Assembly (NCBI GenBank): GCA_964583685.1
Contig: CAZOVJ010000001.1
Coordinates: 260,033-324,032 of the forward strand
Reading direction: 5' to 3'
Length of the DNA: 64,000 bases
From: an uncultured Gammaproteobacteria bacterium
Lineage (GTDB): Bacteria; Patescibacteriota; Microgenomatia; UBA8517
This document shows, piece after piece, positions 30,512 to 41,678 of the stretch. The position numbers and the translations under genes were made by a program. The notes beneath the pieces were generated by a model that worked only from the letters and a program-made list of their open reading frames with translations, was not told the origin of the DNA and did not search any database. The stretch's first letter is position 1, and every line of letters begins with the position of its first letter.

Positions 30512-31768
30512 TCAAGACAATTGTGAAACTACTTTATCTAGAGCCATTGATCTCGAACCTTTAATTAGAATAATCACATTCTTTTTAAGAAGTGGTTGCA
30601 ATATCGAAGCAACTCCTCTATAGGTCTGTGTCCAATATAACTGATAATCCTTCATTGTCTTCGATGCTGCTTTTATAATAGCCTTTGCCGCTTTCCCTAC
30701 CCCAATAAGGTAATCTGGATGATAAGAAGCCACCAAACTCCCTATTTCTTTATGAAATTTTTCCTCGTGCCGACCTAGTTCCAACATATCTCCCAAAACG
30801 ATTATCTTTCCTCTTTTTCCTCCGATTTGATTGAGAGTCTTCAAAGCCTCCTTAACGGCTGCAGGGTTACTATTATAAGTATCATCAATTAATAAAGCCC
30901 CTGAAACTAGCCTAATTGGCCTCATTCTATGTTCAGGCCAGCTAAAATTATCCAGGCCTGCCTTTATCTTCTCCAGGGAAACTCCACAAACAAGACCAAC
31001 TGAGGCAGCGGCCAATGAATTAGAAACAAACTGTAGTCCTGGTACTGGAAGATGAACATTTATTTTATCCGTTCCAATTACCAGAGTAAATTTATTACCC
31101 AAATCCTTTGCTAAACTTATATTTTCGGGATATGTTTCTCCAGTCTTGCCAAAGTAAATAACTCTTGCTTTGCTAAGTTTAGCTATTTTCTTTGTAGATG
31201 TATTTTCTTTGTTTAATATCGCAAATCCATTTCTTGGAAGGGCTTTTATCAACTTAGACTTTTCCCTGGCAACACCAGTTGTGTTTTTAAAAAAAAGAGT
31301 ATGAGTTGGGTAGATGTTCATAAGTACACCAACTAAAGGCCTAGCCAGCCAAAGATAATAATCCATTTCTCCAACAAACTCCACTCCCATCTCAAGCACT
31401 AAATATCTGGTCTTCGGCCGGCACTTTAAAATAGCAGTGGGAATGTTATAGACCGGATCAATATTTGCATAAGAGCAAACACTTTCTCCTTTTTGCCTTA
31501 ATATAGAAACGACCATCTCTTTTGTCGTAGTCTTACCAACGCTCCCTGTGATACCAATGACCGTTATTTTAAAAACTTTCTGCAAAATAATTAAATAATA
31601 TTTGGCTATTCTGCGTTTAATTGGATGGATTAACCATTTTCTAAAATAAACGTTTAAGATTTTTGCCAATTCTTTAGGTCTTTCCTCCGGAGCAATAAAA
31701 ATATGCTCTTTCGGCAGTTTTGGTGTCACCCACCACTGAATCAATTTTGGAATTCTACTCAAGGGCAT
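30512..31768 (-). CDS. murF: UDP-MurNAc-tripeptide--D-Ala-D-Ala ligase
   Basis: Mur ligase P-loop 'GITGSVGKTTTKEM'; position before mraY. Confidence 0.8.
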   Translation of the reverse strand: MPLSRIPKLIQWWVTPKLPKEHIFIAPEERPKELAKILNVYFRKWLIHPIKRRIAKYYLIILQKVFKITVIGITGSVGKTTTKEMVVSILRQKGESVCSYANIDPVYNIPTAILKCRPKTRYLVLEMGVEFVGEMDYYLWLARPLVGVLMNIYPTHTLFFKNTTGVAREKSKLIKALPRNGFAILNKENTSTKKIAKLSKARVIYFGKTGETYPENISLAKDLGNKFTLVIGTDKINVHLPVPGLQFVSNSLAAASVGLVCGVSLEKIKAGLDNFSWPEHRMRPIRLVSGALLIDDTYNSNPAAVKEALKTLNQIGGKRGKIIVLGDMLELGRHEEKFHKEIGSLVASYHPDYLIGVGKAAKAIIKAASKTMKDYQLYWTQTYRGVASILQPLLKKNVIILIKGSRSMALDKVVSQLS

Positions 31769-32693
31769 ATTTAATTATTTTATCAAGCAACTGGCTGTAT
31801 GATATCCCAGCCGCCCCTGCTGCTTTGGGTAAAAGAGACATGGGCGTTAATCCGGGGATAGTGTTTATTTCCAAAACAAGTGGCTCTTTGGCCTTTCGTA
31901 AAATAAAATCTACTCTTGAAAAACCCCTACAACCAATTAACCTGTAAACAACAAGGGCTATTTCTTTAATTCTCCTAGTTAGTCTTTTTGAAATTCTGGC
32001 CGGAGCAATTTCTCTAGCTCCACCCTTCAAGTATTTAGATTGGTAATCAAAAAACCTACTCTTCCTGGGTATTATCTCAACTAAAGGCAAGGGTTCAGGT
32101 TTTTTATTGCCCAGAACCCCACAGGTCACTTCAGTACCCTTTATATATTCATCAACCAAGGCAGTCTCACTATACCTAAAAGCTAAACCTAGAGCTTCAT
32201 CTAAATCCTCTTTGGATTCGACAATTGACGTCCCAATAGAAGAACCTTGGTTATGAGGTTTAATAAAATATGGTGGGTCACCTAAATCTTTGAAAACCCT
32301 TCCACCTGGTTCTCCTTTTTTGACCACTACAAATCTTGGGACAGGAATATTTTCACTTTTCAACACCCTTCTAAACAATAGCTTGTCCATTGCCAGAGCA
32401 CTTGCCAAAACCTTTGAACCTGTATAAGGAAGGTTTAAAAAATCCAGCATTCCTTGAAGAGTACCATCCTCACCATAAGGTCCATGCATGGCGATAAAAA
32501 CCAGGTCAATTTTCTCTTTAGATATCAACTGCCATCCCTTCCCTGTACGAGAAATTACTATTGGTAACACTTCATATTTAGATTTATCTAGATTTTTGAC
32601 AACTTCTCTCCCGCTAATCAGGGAAATTTCATATTCAGGGCTCCTCCCTCCCATCAAAACAGCAATCTTTATTTTCGTCCCCTGATTATCCAT
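31755..32693 (-). CDS. ddl: D-alanine--D-alanine ligase
   Basis: 'IAVLMGGRSPEYEISLISG' N-terminus, ATP-grasp fold. Confidence 0.85.
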   Translation of the reverse strand: MDNQGTKIKIAVLMGGRSPEYEISLISGREVVKNLDKSKYEVLPIVISRTGKGWQLISKEKIDLVFIAMHGPYGEDGTLQGMLDFLNLPYTGSKVLASALAMDKLLFRRVLKSENIPVPRFVVVKKGEPGGRVFKDLGDPPYFIKPHNQGSSIGTSIVESKEDLDEALGLAFRYSETALVDEYIKGTEVTCGVLGNKKPEPLPLVEIIPRKSRFFDYQSKYLKGGAREIAPARISKRLTRRIKEIALVVYRLIGCRGFSRVDFILRKAKEPLVLEINTIPGLTPMSLLPKAAGAAGISYSQLLDKIIKYALE

Positions 32694-32766
32694 CGAATAT
32701 ATTTTAACATTTTGCCAGGTACAAATAAGTTTAAAGGTAGGAATAAATAAGAAGAGGGTACAATCA

Positions 32767-33537
32767 TCAAGTTCCCTTCAAACCGATCACCGCACCCATA
32801 GCTCCCCGGTTCAACCCTTCTATTCTATGTGAATAGAATATGTTTGTCTTGCAGGCAGTACAAAGAGGAGAAATCTCTATATTACTAGGGGGAATACCCT
32901 GGCTAGTAAGTTGCAAGAAATTTATTTTTTGTAAATCAACGAATGTTTTGCTTTCCCTGACTAGCAATCCTCTCTTTCCAAATTCATCTTTCTTAAAACG
33001 ATTCTTTACACCTTGCTTAATCTCAAAACAACAAGAATGTATCGACGGGCCAATAAAAATCTGTAAATCTCGTGGGTTCGAGGAAAATTCCAGTTTCAAT
33101 CTCTCAATTGTTTTCGTACAAATACCAATAACAGTTCCTCGCCAGCCAGCATGAAGCAGAGCTATCAAGTTTCTTTTGGGGTCAAAAATAAATATTGGCA
33201 AGCAATCGGCAAAAGTCGTGAACAAAAACACCCCTGGAACATTGGTAATCAAACCATCAATATCTTCAATCCAGTTCTTTTCTTTAAAAGCCCCTTTCCC
33301 AAGATCTAATTCATTTACATATAGAGTTTTATTTGTATGCTCCAACTTCATGACTACAACTTGCTCCAAACCAACTCCCAGCTGGCCTAAAAATTTTCTT
33401 CGATTAGAAACCACCTCTTTTGTCTTACCTCTTTTAAAAGACATATTACCCAAAGCTCGTGAGGAAAAACCGTGGATCAGGTTAGGAAATTTTAAAAGGT
33501 TTTTTCCTTGACAAAATAAAGGAGCTGAAATCATCAT
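32767..33537 (-). CDS. pgeF: YfiH/PgeF-family peptidoglycan editing factor (DUF152 laccase-like)
   Basis: 'TADCLP', 'HAGWRG', 'CTAC' motifs typical of YfiH family. Confidence 0.7.
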   Translation of the reverse strand: MMISAPLFCQGKNLLKFPNLIHGFSSRALGNMSFKRGKTKEVVSNRRKFLGQLGVGLEQVVVMKLEHTNKTLYVNELDLGKGAFKEKNWIEDIDGLITNVPGVFLFTTFADCLPIFIFDPKRNLIALLHAGWRGTVIGICTKTIERLKLEFSSNPRDLQIFIGPSIHSCCFEIKQGVKNRFKKDEFGKRGLLVRESKTFVDLQKINFLQLTSQGIPPSNIEISPLCTACKTNIFYSHRIEGLNRGAMGAVIGLKGT

Positions 33538-34880
33538 ACTAGCAACATTCTCACTGCTTGCTTAAACTGATTTCCTCTATCCTTGTAATTTTCAAACATA
33601 TCAAAAGAGGCAGAGGCTGGTGAAAGTAAAACGACACCTCCTTTTGCAGTTTGGCTAAAAGAAGTTTTAACAATTTCAGCCATACTTCCCTTACCTAATG
33701 CTAAAATTCTTCCCTGGAATCCTATTTTCAACAACAGCTTTTTAATTTCCCTGGCAATTTCGCCAATTAAGATAACTGTTTTAAGATTTTTCTTGTTTTT
33801 AATTTCCTTAACCAATTCCCCATAATCTAAGCCCTTATCCGAACCGCCGAGAATTAAGGTTATTGGCTGGCTGAAGGAATTGATAGCAGCCATAGTTGGC
33901 TGTGGCCCAGTGGCAAAGGAGTCATTATAAAAAGCAACTCCTTTAACCTTCCCTACCAGCTCAAGTCTGTGTTCCAAAGCCTTAAAAGAAAATATCGTTG
34001 TTTTCATTGCTTCTAAATCAGCACCTACAAGAGCGGCTGTACAGAGAGCAGCGCTGACATTTTCCCAATTATGCTTTCCTCGAAGCAACAATTTATCAGC
34101 ATTTCCTAAAAAATAATCCTTTTTATTTAGAGTCAAAACAATTTTCCCTTTCTTAAATTTACTAAAAAGACAGACCTTGGCCTTGGTGTATTGAGCAAAG
34201 CCCCTAGAATCCTTGTAGTCTACGTTTAAAACGGCAAAGTCTCCTCTATTCTGATGCCTAACAATTTGTCTTTTAGCCAGCAAATATTCTTTTCTATCTT
34301 TATGCCAATCTAAATGATCAGTGGTAATGTTTAAAACAAGGGCAATATGGGGACTTTTATCCAAATCTATAAGCTGAAAGGAAGAAAGCTCCAAAACAAC
34401 CCAACTAGATTTTTTGAGTTTGGCTAAAAGTTCAAGATAAGGCTTGCCAATGTTTCCGGCCAAATAAGCATCTTTACCTGACTTCTTGAGAATTTTATAG
34501 ATTAAAGTGCTGGTTGTACCTTTACCTTTGGTTCCAGTAACTCCAATAATCTTTGCCGGACAAAGATGAAAAAAAAGCTTAATGGCACTGGAAATCTTAA
34601 CTCCTTTCTTTTCCGCTCTTTCCAATTCGGCCAGATAGCGATAAAAACCTGGCGAGCGAAAAACTATATCAAAGTCATCAAGCCCGGTTTTCAAATAATC
34701 CCTTCCACAAACCAACTTAATTTTCCTCTTGTCTATTCCCTTAAAATCAAGCTCATTCTCTGCTTTTTGGTCAAAAATAGTGATATTAGCCTTTTTAGAC
34801 AAAAGAAACTTAACAACATCTCTGCCTTCCAAGCCAAAACCCAAAACAGCAATTTTTTTATCCTTAAAATTTATTTTCAT
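33534..34880 (-). CDS. murD: UDP-MurNAc-L-Ala--D-Glu ligase
   Basis: P-loop 'GVTGTKGKGTTSTL'; dcw position. Confidence 0.85.
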   Translation of the reverse strand: MKINFKDKKIAVLGFGLEGRDVVKFLLSKKANITIFDQKAENELDFKGIDKRKIKLVCGRDYLKTGLDDFDIVFRSPGFYRYLAELERAEKKGVKISSAIKLFFHLCPAKIIGVTGTKGKGTTSTLIYKILKKSGKDAYLAGNIGKPYLELLAKLKKSSWVVLELSSFQLIDLDKSPHIALVLNITTDHLDWHKDRKEYLLAKRQIVRHQNRGDFAVLNVDYKDSRGFAQYTKAKVCLFSKFKKGKIVLTLNKKDYFLGNADKLLLRGKHNWENVSAALCTAALVGADLEAMKTTIFSFKALEHRLELVGKVKGVAFYNDSFATGPQPTMAAINSFSQPITLILGGSDKGLDYGELVKEIKNKKNLKTVILIGEIAREIKKLLLKIGFQGRILALGKGSMAEIVKTSFSQTAKGGVVLLSPASASFDMFENYKDRGNQFKQAVRMLLV

Positions 34881-35839
34881 CGTCTTTGATTAAAACCGAT
34901 TAGCTGAACTTCGGGCTCTAGGTTTATACCAAACTTCTTTTTTACCCTATTTTGACAATCCTTTACCAAAGAATAAAAATCTGTTGCCCGACCCTTGCCA
35001 AGATTAAAAAAGAGATTGGCGTGATAATCAGCTATTTGAATATCCCCTTTTCTCTTTCCTTTAACACCAACCGCCTCCAAGAGATAACCGGCCGATATCT
35101 TACCATAAACAATATTCTCATTAGGAATTTTTGCTAATACTTGGGGCGATAAATCCTTAACTAAGACATTTTTAAAAAATGAGCCAGGACATTTCATATT
35201 TTGAGGATACTTAAGCAAGCGAGTTTTGAGAATCTCGGTAACCTGTTTCTTCATTTTTTTCGGATTTCCTTTCTTAAACTCAAATTCTACCTCCAGAATT
35301 ATTAAATCTATTTTCTTAAAAATGCTCTCTCGGTATTTAAACTTACATTCCTTTTTTGTTAACCACTTTACCTTTAAATCATCAAGAATCTTGATCCTTC
35401 TTAAATTATCACTAATCGTCTGGCCATAGGCACCGGCATTACCGTAAATTGCACCACCAAGAGTACCAGGAATGCCGAACATTCTCTCCATACCAGAAAA
35501 TCCTCTTGCAACCAGAAAAGTGATAAATTTCTTCAAACTTGTACCTGATTTCACCCTGACCAAACCCTTGTCTATACTAATTCCCCTTAGTCTATTGTAA
35601 ATAACCAGGCCGCTAAAACCTTTGTCGCTAACAAAGAGATTGCTACCGCCTCCAAGAATGAAAAAGGGGATATTAAATTTTTTGGCCAGCTTTAAAGCCT
35701 CGATAAATTTCTCTTCTTTATCTATTTTGAGAAAAAGTTTGGCCGGGCCCCCAAGCCCGACGCTTGTGTACTTAGCCATCAGTTCATTGTTCTGGCATTT
35801 CTTTCCCAAAACCGCTTTTAATCTTTGAAATTTATTCAT
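34877..35839 (-). CDS. murB: UDP-N-acetylenolpyruvoylglucosamine reductase
   Basis: FAD-binding 'ILGGGSNL', 'GIPGTLGGAIYGNAGAYG'. Confidence 0.85.
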   Translation of the reverse strand: MNKFQRLKAVLGKKCQNNELMAKYTSVGLGGPAKLFLKIDKEEKFIEALKLAKKFNIPFFILGGGSNLFVSDKGFSGLVIYNRLRGISIDKGLVRVKSGTSLKKFITFLVARGFSGMERMFGIPGTLGGAIYGNAGAYGQTISDNLRRIKILDDLKVKWLTKKECKFKYRESIFKKIDLIILEVEFEFKKGNPKKMKKQVTEILKTRLLKYPQNMKCPGSFFKNVLVKDLSPQVLAKIPNENIVYGKISAGYLLEAVGVKGKRKGDIQIADYHANLFFNLGKGRATDFYSLVKDCQNRVKKKFGINLEPEVQLIGFNQRR

Positions 35840-37247
35840 TTAGCCTCTTGAGTAAATCTTTATGAAGATGGAAAATATCTCCTGCTCCCAAGGTAAGAAC
35901 AACATCTCCGGGCTTTAAATAGTCTTTGAGCCAGTTCAGAGTTTGTTCATGGCCAGCTGAATAAAAAACATTTTTTTTGAATTTCTTGGTTCTCTCAGCT
36001 AAAAGCCTGGAAGAAATTGTTTTATCCTTTGCTTCCCGGGCAGAAGCATAAATATCCATAAAAGCAACCGTATCAGCCTGAGCAAAGGCTTTGGCAAATT
36101 GAGCTAACAAAGACCTGGTCCTTGAATAGGTATGCGGCTGGAAAACGGCCATAATCCGCTTTTGAGGAAACCATTCTCTGGCCGCCTTCAAGATCGCCTT
36201 TAGCTCTTGGGGATGATGAGCATAATCATCAAAAACTAAAATTCCCTTTCTCTCTCCAATTTTCTCAAAGCGACGGCGACAGCCTTTATACTTTAAAAGA
36301 CCTTTCTTTAAAAGCGGTTCTTTAATACCCAAAAATCTACCAACCAAAAAAGCGGCGGTCGCATTTTGAATATTGAATCGGCCGGGAACCTTTAAGCAAA
36401 GAGAGATTTTCTCCCCATTTTTGGCAGTCAGAGAAAAATAAGTCTTGGCCTTTCTAAAAGAAACGTTCTTAATCTGCCAATCTGCCTGGGGATTAAAACC
36501 ATAGCTCTGGATTGGTACCTTGAGCTTTTGCACCATCGAGGCAACATGGGAATTGTCAATACAAGCCAACAAAAGCCCATCAGCCGGAACCTTTGCCAAA
36601 TATTGTCTAAAGGTTCTCTTTGTATCCTTAAAAGTAGGATAAATATCCGGATGGTCGTGCTCGATATTGGTCACAATCAAAATTTTTGGAGAAATAAGCG
36701 AAAAACGAGGCTTGTTATTTACTCCCGGAGAAATAGCATACTCGTCCGCCTCACAAATAAAATGTTTACCCCGGTGGTCATACCTACCCGGAGTAGCCAA
36801 AGGAAAAATATCAGCCACACCGATAGCAAAGGAAGGATGTTTAACTGCCACATCCAAAAGAACGGCAATCATTGAAGAAATTGTTGTCTTTCCGCCGACG
36901 CCGCAAACAGCTACTATCTTCTTGTCCCCGGCCATCTCGGCCAGGGCCTGGGCAAGGGTCATTACTGGAATTCCCTTCTTTTTTGCTGCCAAGACCTCAG
37001 GATTTTTTAGGCCACCGTGGGCACCGGTAGTAATCAACAAATCGGGTTGGGGAACAAGATTCTTTTCAGAAAAGCCAATTTTCCAGCTGATATTTCTCTT
37101 GGCCAAGGTATCATCAGTAACAAACACCTCAGCGATGTCACTGCCACTTACCTTAATTCCCAAATCTTTGGCACAAAGAGCAAGGGATGCCATTCCCACT
37201 CCCTTTATTCCCGTAAAATGAATGTGCTTTAGCTTTCTAATATTCAT
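35832..37247 (-). CDS. murC: UDP-MurNAc--L-Ala ligase
   Basis: 'HFTGIKGVGMASLA', P-loop 'VCGVGGKTTISSM'. Confidence 0.85.
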   Translation of the reverse strand: MNIRKLKHIHFTGIKGVGMASLALCAKDLGIKVSGSDIAEVFVTDDTLAKRNISWKIGFSEKNLVPQPDLLITTGAHGGLKNPEVLAAKKKGIPVMTLAQALAEMAGDKKIVAVCGVGGKTTISSMIAVLLDVAVKHPSFAIGVADIFPLATPGRYDHRGKHFICEADEYAISPGVNNKPRFSLISPKILIVTNIEHDHPDIYPTFKDTKRTFRQYLAKVPADGLLLACIDNSHVASMVQKLKVPIQSYGFNPQADWQIKNVSFRKAKTYFSLTAKNGEKISLCLKVPGRFNIQNATAAFLVGRFLGIKEPLLKKGLLKYKGCRRRFEKIGERKGILVFDDYAHHPQELKAILKAAREWFPQKRIMAVFQPHTYSRTRSLLAQFAKAFAQADTVAFMDIYASAREAKDKTISSRLLAERTKKFKKNVFYSAGHEQTLNWLKDYLKPGDVVLTLGAGDIFHLHKDLLKRLNE

Positions 37248-38686
37248 CTTCTTCGAATCCTTAATACCCCGCCTTTTAAGGCGGTTTTGACTGCCTGGTA
37301 GTCTGACCAGGGATATTCAATCCCATTATAGGCCATACTCTTTTCATGGCCTTTACCACAAATGACCAAAATGTCTCCTTTCTTGGCCAATTTTTGAATT
37401 GCGTAAGCAATAGCTTTACCTCTTTTGGGAATAGAAAGTAAAAGTTGTTCTTTTTTAACTTTCAGTCTCCGGGCGCCTTTAAACATCTGCCTAATAATCA
37501 TTTTTACATCTTCATAGCGGGGGTCCTCGGCCGTAAAAATTGAAATGTCAGCCAGTCTTGTTGAAACTTCTCCCATCATTGGCCTCTTAGCCACATCCCT
37601 TTCTCCTGCACAACCCAAGACAACGATCAATTTCTTCCCCTGGGGTAAACGTTTTTCCAATGCTTGCAAAACATTTTCAAGGGCGTTGGGGGTATGGGCA
37701 AAATCAATAATTACTTTAAAACCTCTTTTGTTTTTGACCTCTTCCATCCTTCCAGAAACTCCGGGAAACGATTTAATAGATTGAACTATTGTTTTCTCAG
37801 GCACCTTCAGCTGCTGGGCAACTAAAATTGCTCCAGCAGCATTAAGTTGATTATAAATTTCTGGAAACCTTTTTTGGACAGCTCGTTTAACTTCTCCACC
37901 TAAACTCTCAGCACTATAATTAATCACTCGGACCGATGGTTTTAATAAACCTTTAAGCAGAGAGTAAGAGCGATCACTTTTGTTTAAAATGGCTATCTTG
38001 GCTGAATTGAAAAGTTTTGCTTTTGCTGCCAGATATTTTTGAAAAGTTTGATGATAGTCAAGATGCTCATGACTAATATTGGTGAGGACCGCCATTTCAA
38101 AATCAATGCCAAAAACTCTTTCCTGATCCAAACCATGAGAAGTAACTTCTAAAATCGCATATTGACATTTTTCTCTCACCATTTTTGCCAAAAATCTCTG
38201 TAAATCAAGAGGCTCTGGGTTGGTAATATGAAATCCGGTATCATAAACCTTTTCTCCTATCTTGGCCCCAATAGTGGAAATTGCTCCCACTTTTTTACCA
38301 GCCTTGACTAAAAGCCAATCAATCAGACTTACCGTGGTTGTTTTACCGTCTGTACCGGTTACCCCAATTACCTTTAATTTTCTAGCGGGATAGTTGTACC
38401 AAGCTGAAGCAAGTAAGCTCAAGGCCTTCCTGGAATTCTGGACTTTGACATAGGTTGCTTTTCCTAGTTTTAGTTTTTCCGGTTCCTCTTCTCCGACAAT
38501 TACCAAGGCGCCTCTTGAAATCGCCTGTGGAACAAACTTATGACCATCAAAGTGGCTCCCTTTTATGGCAACAAAAAGATCTCCCTTTTTTATTTTTTTT
38601 GAATCACTAGTTATACCGGTTAGAGAAACATCACTTTTAGCCAGGGCTTTAAGTAGATTTTCAAGCTTTTTCGTCATCCGTTTCAA
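37244..38686 (-). CDS. murE: UDP-MurNAc-L-Ala-D-Glu--diamino acid ligase
   Basis: P-loop 'VIGVTGTDGKTTT'; Mur ligase C-domain. Confidence 0.85.
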   Translation of the reverse strand: MKRMTKKLENLLKALAKSDVSLTGITSDSKKIKKGDLFVAIKGSHFDGHKFVPQAISRGALVIVGEEEPEKLKLGKATYVKVQNSRKALSLLASAWYNYPARKLKVIGVTGTDGKTTTVSLIDWLLVKAGKKVGAISTIGAKIGEKVYDTGFHITNPEPLDLQRFLAKMVREKCQYAILEVTSHGLDQERVFGIDFEMAVLTNISHEHLDYHQTFQKYLAAKAKLFNSAKIAILNKSDRSYSLLKGLLKPSVRVINYSAESLGGEVKRAVQKRFPEIYNQLNAAGAILVAQQLKVPEKTIVQSIKSFPGVSGRMEEVKNKRGFKVIIDFAHTPNALENVLQALEKRLPQGKKLIVVLGCAGERDVAKRPMMGEVSTRLADISIFTAEDPRYEDVKMIIRQMFKGARRLKVKKEQLLLSIPKRGKAIAYAIQKLAKKGDILVICGKGHEKSMAYNGIEYPWSDYQAVKTALKGGVLRIRRR

Positions 38687-39947
38687 CTCTAACTATGTCC
38701 ACTCCCAAATCTTTAAGTCTGACATCAATAGCCTCATAGCCCCGCTCAATCACCTCAATATTCTTAATAAGACTCTTACCCTTAGCAACCAAAGCAGCCA
38801 AAACCAAGGAAATTCCGGCTCGAATATCCTTGCAAAAAAGGGTATCTGCCTCAAAATCTGTCGGGCCAGTAACAATCACTCGATGGGGATCGGCTATAAA
38901 AATATTTGCACCTAAGGAAATTAGGTCATCGACGAAAAAAACCCTCCATTCATACATCCAGTCGTGACAAAGAACTGTTCCCTTAGATTGAGTGGCCAAA
39001 ACTATCAAGGGGCTCATTAAATCTGTTGGAAAACCAGGCCAGGGACGGGTTTGAAATTTCCTTTTTTTGGCAACAAGTTTTGAAGGCAAAACCCGCAATT
39101 TATCTTTACCAACAAACTCGGTTTTAACACCCATATTTGAAAAATAATGAAGAATCATCTTGTAATGCTCGGGAATTACATCCTCGATTAAAATATCTCC
39201 TCCAGTAATGGCAGCCGCAACTATAAAAGTACCACCTTCAACATAGTCGGCAACAATCCTGTGATTAACTCCCTTAAGCCTTTTGCTTCCTCTAATTCGT
39301 AAAGAATTTGTTCCCATGCCCTTTACCTTCACCCCCATTTTGCTAACAAATTCTGCTAGATCTTGAACATGGGGTTCACAAGCAGCATCATCTATCAAAA
39401 CTTCATGATTAAGACTACTGGCCAAAATAATTCCCATCTCTGTGGCCGTAACCGAGGCTTCTTCGAGAAAAACATCAACCCCTTTTCTTCTTTTCCAAAA
39501 CAAAAAGTATTTCCCATCCTGCTTTTCAATATCAACGCCAAAGTTCTTTATCATGGCAAAATGGGTATCAAGTAAACGTTCACCTATCTGGTCGCCTCCT
39601 GGCGGGGTAATAATAGTTTTCCCAAATTTGGCAAGAAGAGGTGCTGCCAAGACCACCGAACCTCGAATTCTTCCTGTTAACTCGGGGTTAAGTTCATAAG
39701 AAGACAATGTACTCGGGTCAATCATCAAACTATGCGTTCCCAAACCGTTTACTCTTACACCCAAATCTCTCATCAATTCCCCCATTACCTGAACATCCCT
39801 GATAATCGGAACATTGGTAAGGGTTGTTGAAGAATCAGCTAGAAGAGCTGCTGCCATAAGCTTCAGGGCTGAATTTTTGTTTCCAGCAAGTTTCACCTTG
39901 CCTTCAAGTTTTTTATCTCCGCTAATTAAAAAGCTAGCCATGACCAC
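38661..39947 (-). CDS. murA: UDP-N-acetylglucosamine 1-carboxyvinyltransferase
   Basis: 'LAGNKNSALKLMAAALL' EPT-family N-terminus; active-site Cys region 'AACEPHV'. Confidence 0.85.
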   Translation of the reverse strand: MVMASFLISGDKKLEGKVKLAGNKNSALKLMAAALLADSSTTLTNVPIIRDVQVMGELMRDLGVRVNGLGTHSLMIDPSTLSSYELNPELTGRIRGSVVLAAPLLAKFGKTIITPPGGDQIGERLLDTHFAMIKNFGVDIEKQDGKYFLFWKRRKGVDVFLEEASVTATEMGIILASSLNHEVLIDDAACEPHVQDLAEFVSKMGVKVKGMGTNSLRIRGSKRLKGVNHRIVADYVEGGTFIVAAAITGGDILIEDVIPEHYKMILHYFSNMGVKTEFVGKDKLRVLPSKLVAKKRKFQTRPWPGFPTDLMSPLIVLATQSKGTVLCHDWMYEWRVFFVDDLISLGANIFIADPHRVIVTGPTDFEADTLFCKDIRAGISLVLAALVAKGKSLIKNIEVIERGYEAIDVRLKDLGVDIVRVETDDEKA

Positions 39948-39965
39948 AATTTTAACACAAAATGT

Positions 39966-41678
39966 CTAATTCTCGGGCTGGATGCCAAGATAGGGAAAAA
40001 GTTGCCGGGCAATAGAGAACCAAAGGGGAGCGGCTGTTTCCGAAGCCCAAGGCGAAGTTTGAGGTTCTCTCAAAGAAACCAACATGACGAAACGAGGATT
40101 ATCTGCTGGGGCAAAACCGACAAATGAACCGATTGTCTTTTCCTCGTCATAATGGCCTGAAACAGGAATTTGAGCTGTTCCTGTCTTCCCCGCCACCTTA
40201 AAACCACTCGCTTGTATCCATTTAGACTCTCCTTCCTTGACAGCCAAGACCATCATTTCCTTTACTTCCTGAGTTGTCTTTTGAGAAATAACTTGCTTAC
40301 CGATTTCAGGTTTAATATCCTCTACCCAACCATCTTTAGTAATCTTGTCTATCACCTGAGGTTTAATCTCTCTTCCCTCATTGGCAATAATGGCAATTGC
40401 TTTAACCATTTGAATCGGAGTCACTGCTATTCCCTGTCCAAAACCAGCTGTTGCTAAATCAACTATATTCCAGGTCCCTTTCTTTCTTAACTCTGGAGAA
40501 ACTTCACCTTGTAGGTCTATTCCCGTTAATTCGCCTATGCCAAAGCGCTTTAAATAATCAAAGAGGTTATTTGCCCCTAATTTCTCTCCGACAAACACCA
40601 TCCCTACGTTATTAGAATGGATGATTACTTCAGACATTGTCGCGTCAGGGTCATATTTTTGATTCCATGTCTCGATAATATATTTATCAACCTTGACTGG
40701 ACCCGAGCAAATCTCGCATCGAGTATCCGGTTCGACTACACCCGTGTCTAAAGCAGCGGCCATTATTATTGGTTTAAAAATCGAACCAGGCTCAAAGGCA
40801 TCGGAAATTGCCGGATTTCTAAAATATTCATCACCATATTCAAAATATCTCAAAGGGTCATATCCAGGAAACGAAGCCATTGCCAGCAAAGCTCCATTCT
40901 CTGGATTAAGAACAATGACCGTGCCGGCACTGGCAGCATATTTCCCAATCCCCCTCTTCAACTCCTTTTCAATTATCAACTGAACAGTTTTATCAATATG
41001 ACTGACTAAATCTACTCCACCCTTAGGATTAATCTCCTTTGAATCTGCAAATAAAAGTGGTACTCCTTGAGCATCTGCTTCTCTTTCAATAAATCCTTGT
41101 CTTCCGGTCAAAGAAAGGTCATAATAACCCTCTAAGCCAAAATAGCCTTTATCATCACCAGCTTCATCTTTGCCCACAAATCCCAAAATATGGGCGGCAC
41201 TAGATGCTTCAGGATAAACTCTTGTTTCCTCTGGTTCAAAACCGATTCCACTAATACTCAGGGCTTCGATATTTTTCTTGATTTCCGAATTAACTTTGTG
41301 TTTCAGGGGCAGCCATACTGCCTCTTTTTTCAATAAAAGTGCTTCCAGTCTTTGCGCTTCTTTTAATAAAAGCTCCTCATCTTCAGGTTCTTCAATTAAA
41401 AAAGGGGCTAATTTATTAGCAATATTTCTCAGACTTTCTTTTAAGTCTGGTTTAGAAACAAATACAAGCCAGGCCTTACTGTTTGCCGTTAACCAACTAC
41501 CATCTGATGCCAAGATGTTCCCTCGTTGGGCTGGGACTTTCTCTCCACTTTGGTGCTGAAGTCTGGCTTGGGTTGATAATTCTTCTTTTCTCAAAACCTG
41601 CCAAAAGAACAATCTTGCCAAGAGAACAATTGAACAAATTCCAAAAAACAATCCGAGGAGATTTAATCTAGATTTCAT
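39966..41678 (-). CDS. ftsI: class B penicillin-binding protein (transpeptidase) FtsI
   Basis: N-terminal TM; SxxK 'GSIFKP', 'HSNN', 'KTGTAQ' PBP motifs. Confidence 0.85.
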   Translation of the reverse strand: MKSRLNLLGLFFGICSIVLLARLFFWQVLRKEELSTQARLQHQSGEKVPAQRGNILASDGSWLTANSKAWLVFVSKPDLKESLRNIANKLAPFLIEEPEDEELLLKEAQRLEALLLKKEAVWLPLKHKVNSEIKKNIEALSISGIGFEPEETRVYPEASSAAHILGFVGKDEAGDDKGYFGLEGYYDLSLTGRQGFIEREADAQGVPLLFADSKEINPKGGVDLVSHIDKTVQLIIEKELKRGIGKYAASAGTVIVLNPENGALLAMASFPGYDPLRYFEYGDEYFRNPAISDAFEPGSIFKPIIMAAALDTGVVEPDTRCEICSGPVKVDKYIIETWNQKYDPDATMSEVIIHSNNVGMVFVGEKLGANNLFDYLKRFGIGELTGIDLQGEVSPELRKKGTWNIVDLATAGFGQGIAVTPIQMVKAIAIIANEGREIKPQVIDKITKDGWVEDIKPEIGKQVISQKTTQEVKEMMVLAVKEGESKWIQASGFKVAGKTGTAQIPVSGHYDEEKTIGSFVGFAPADNPRFVMLVSLREPQTSPWASETAAPLWFSIARQLFPYLGIQPEN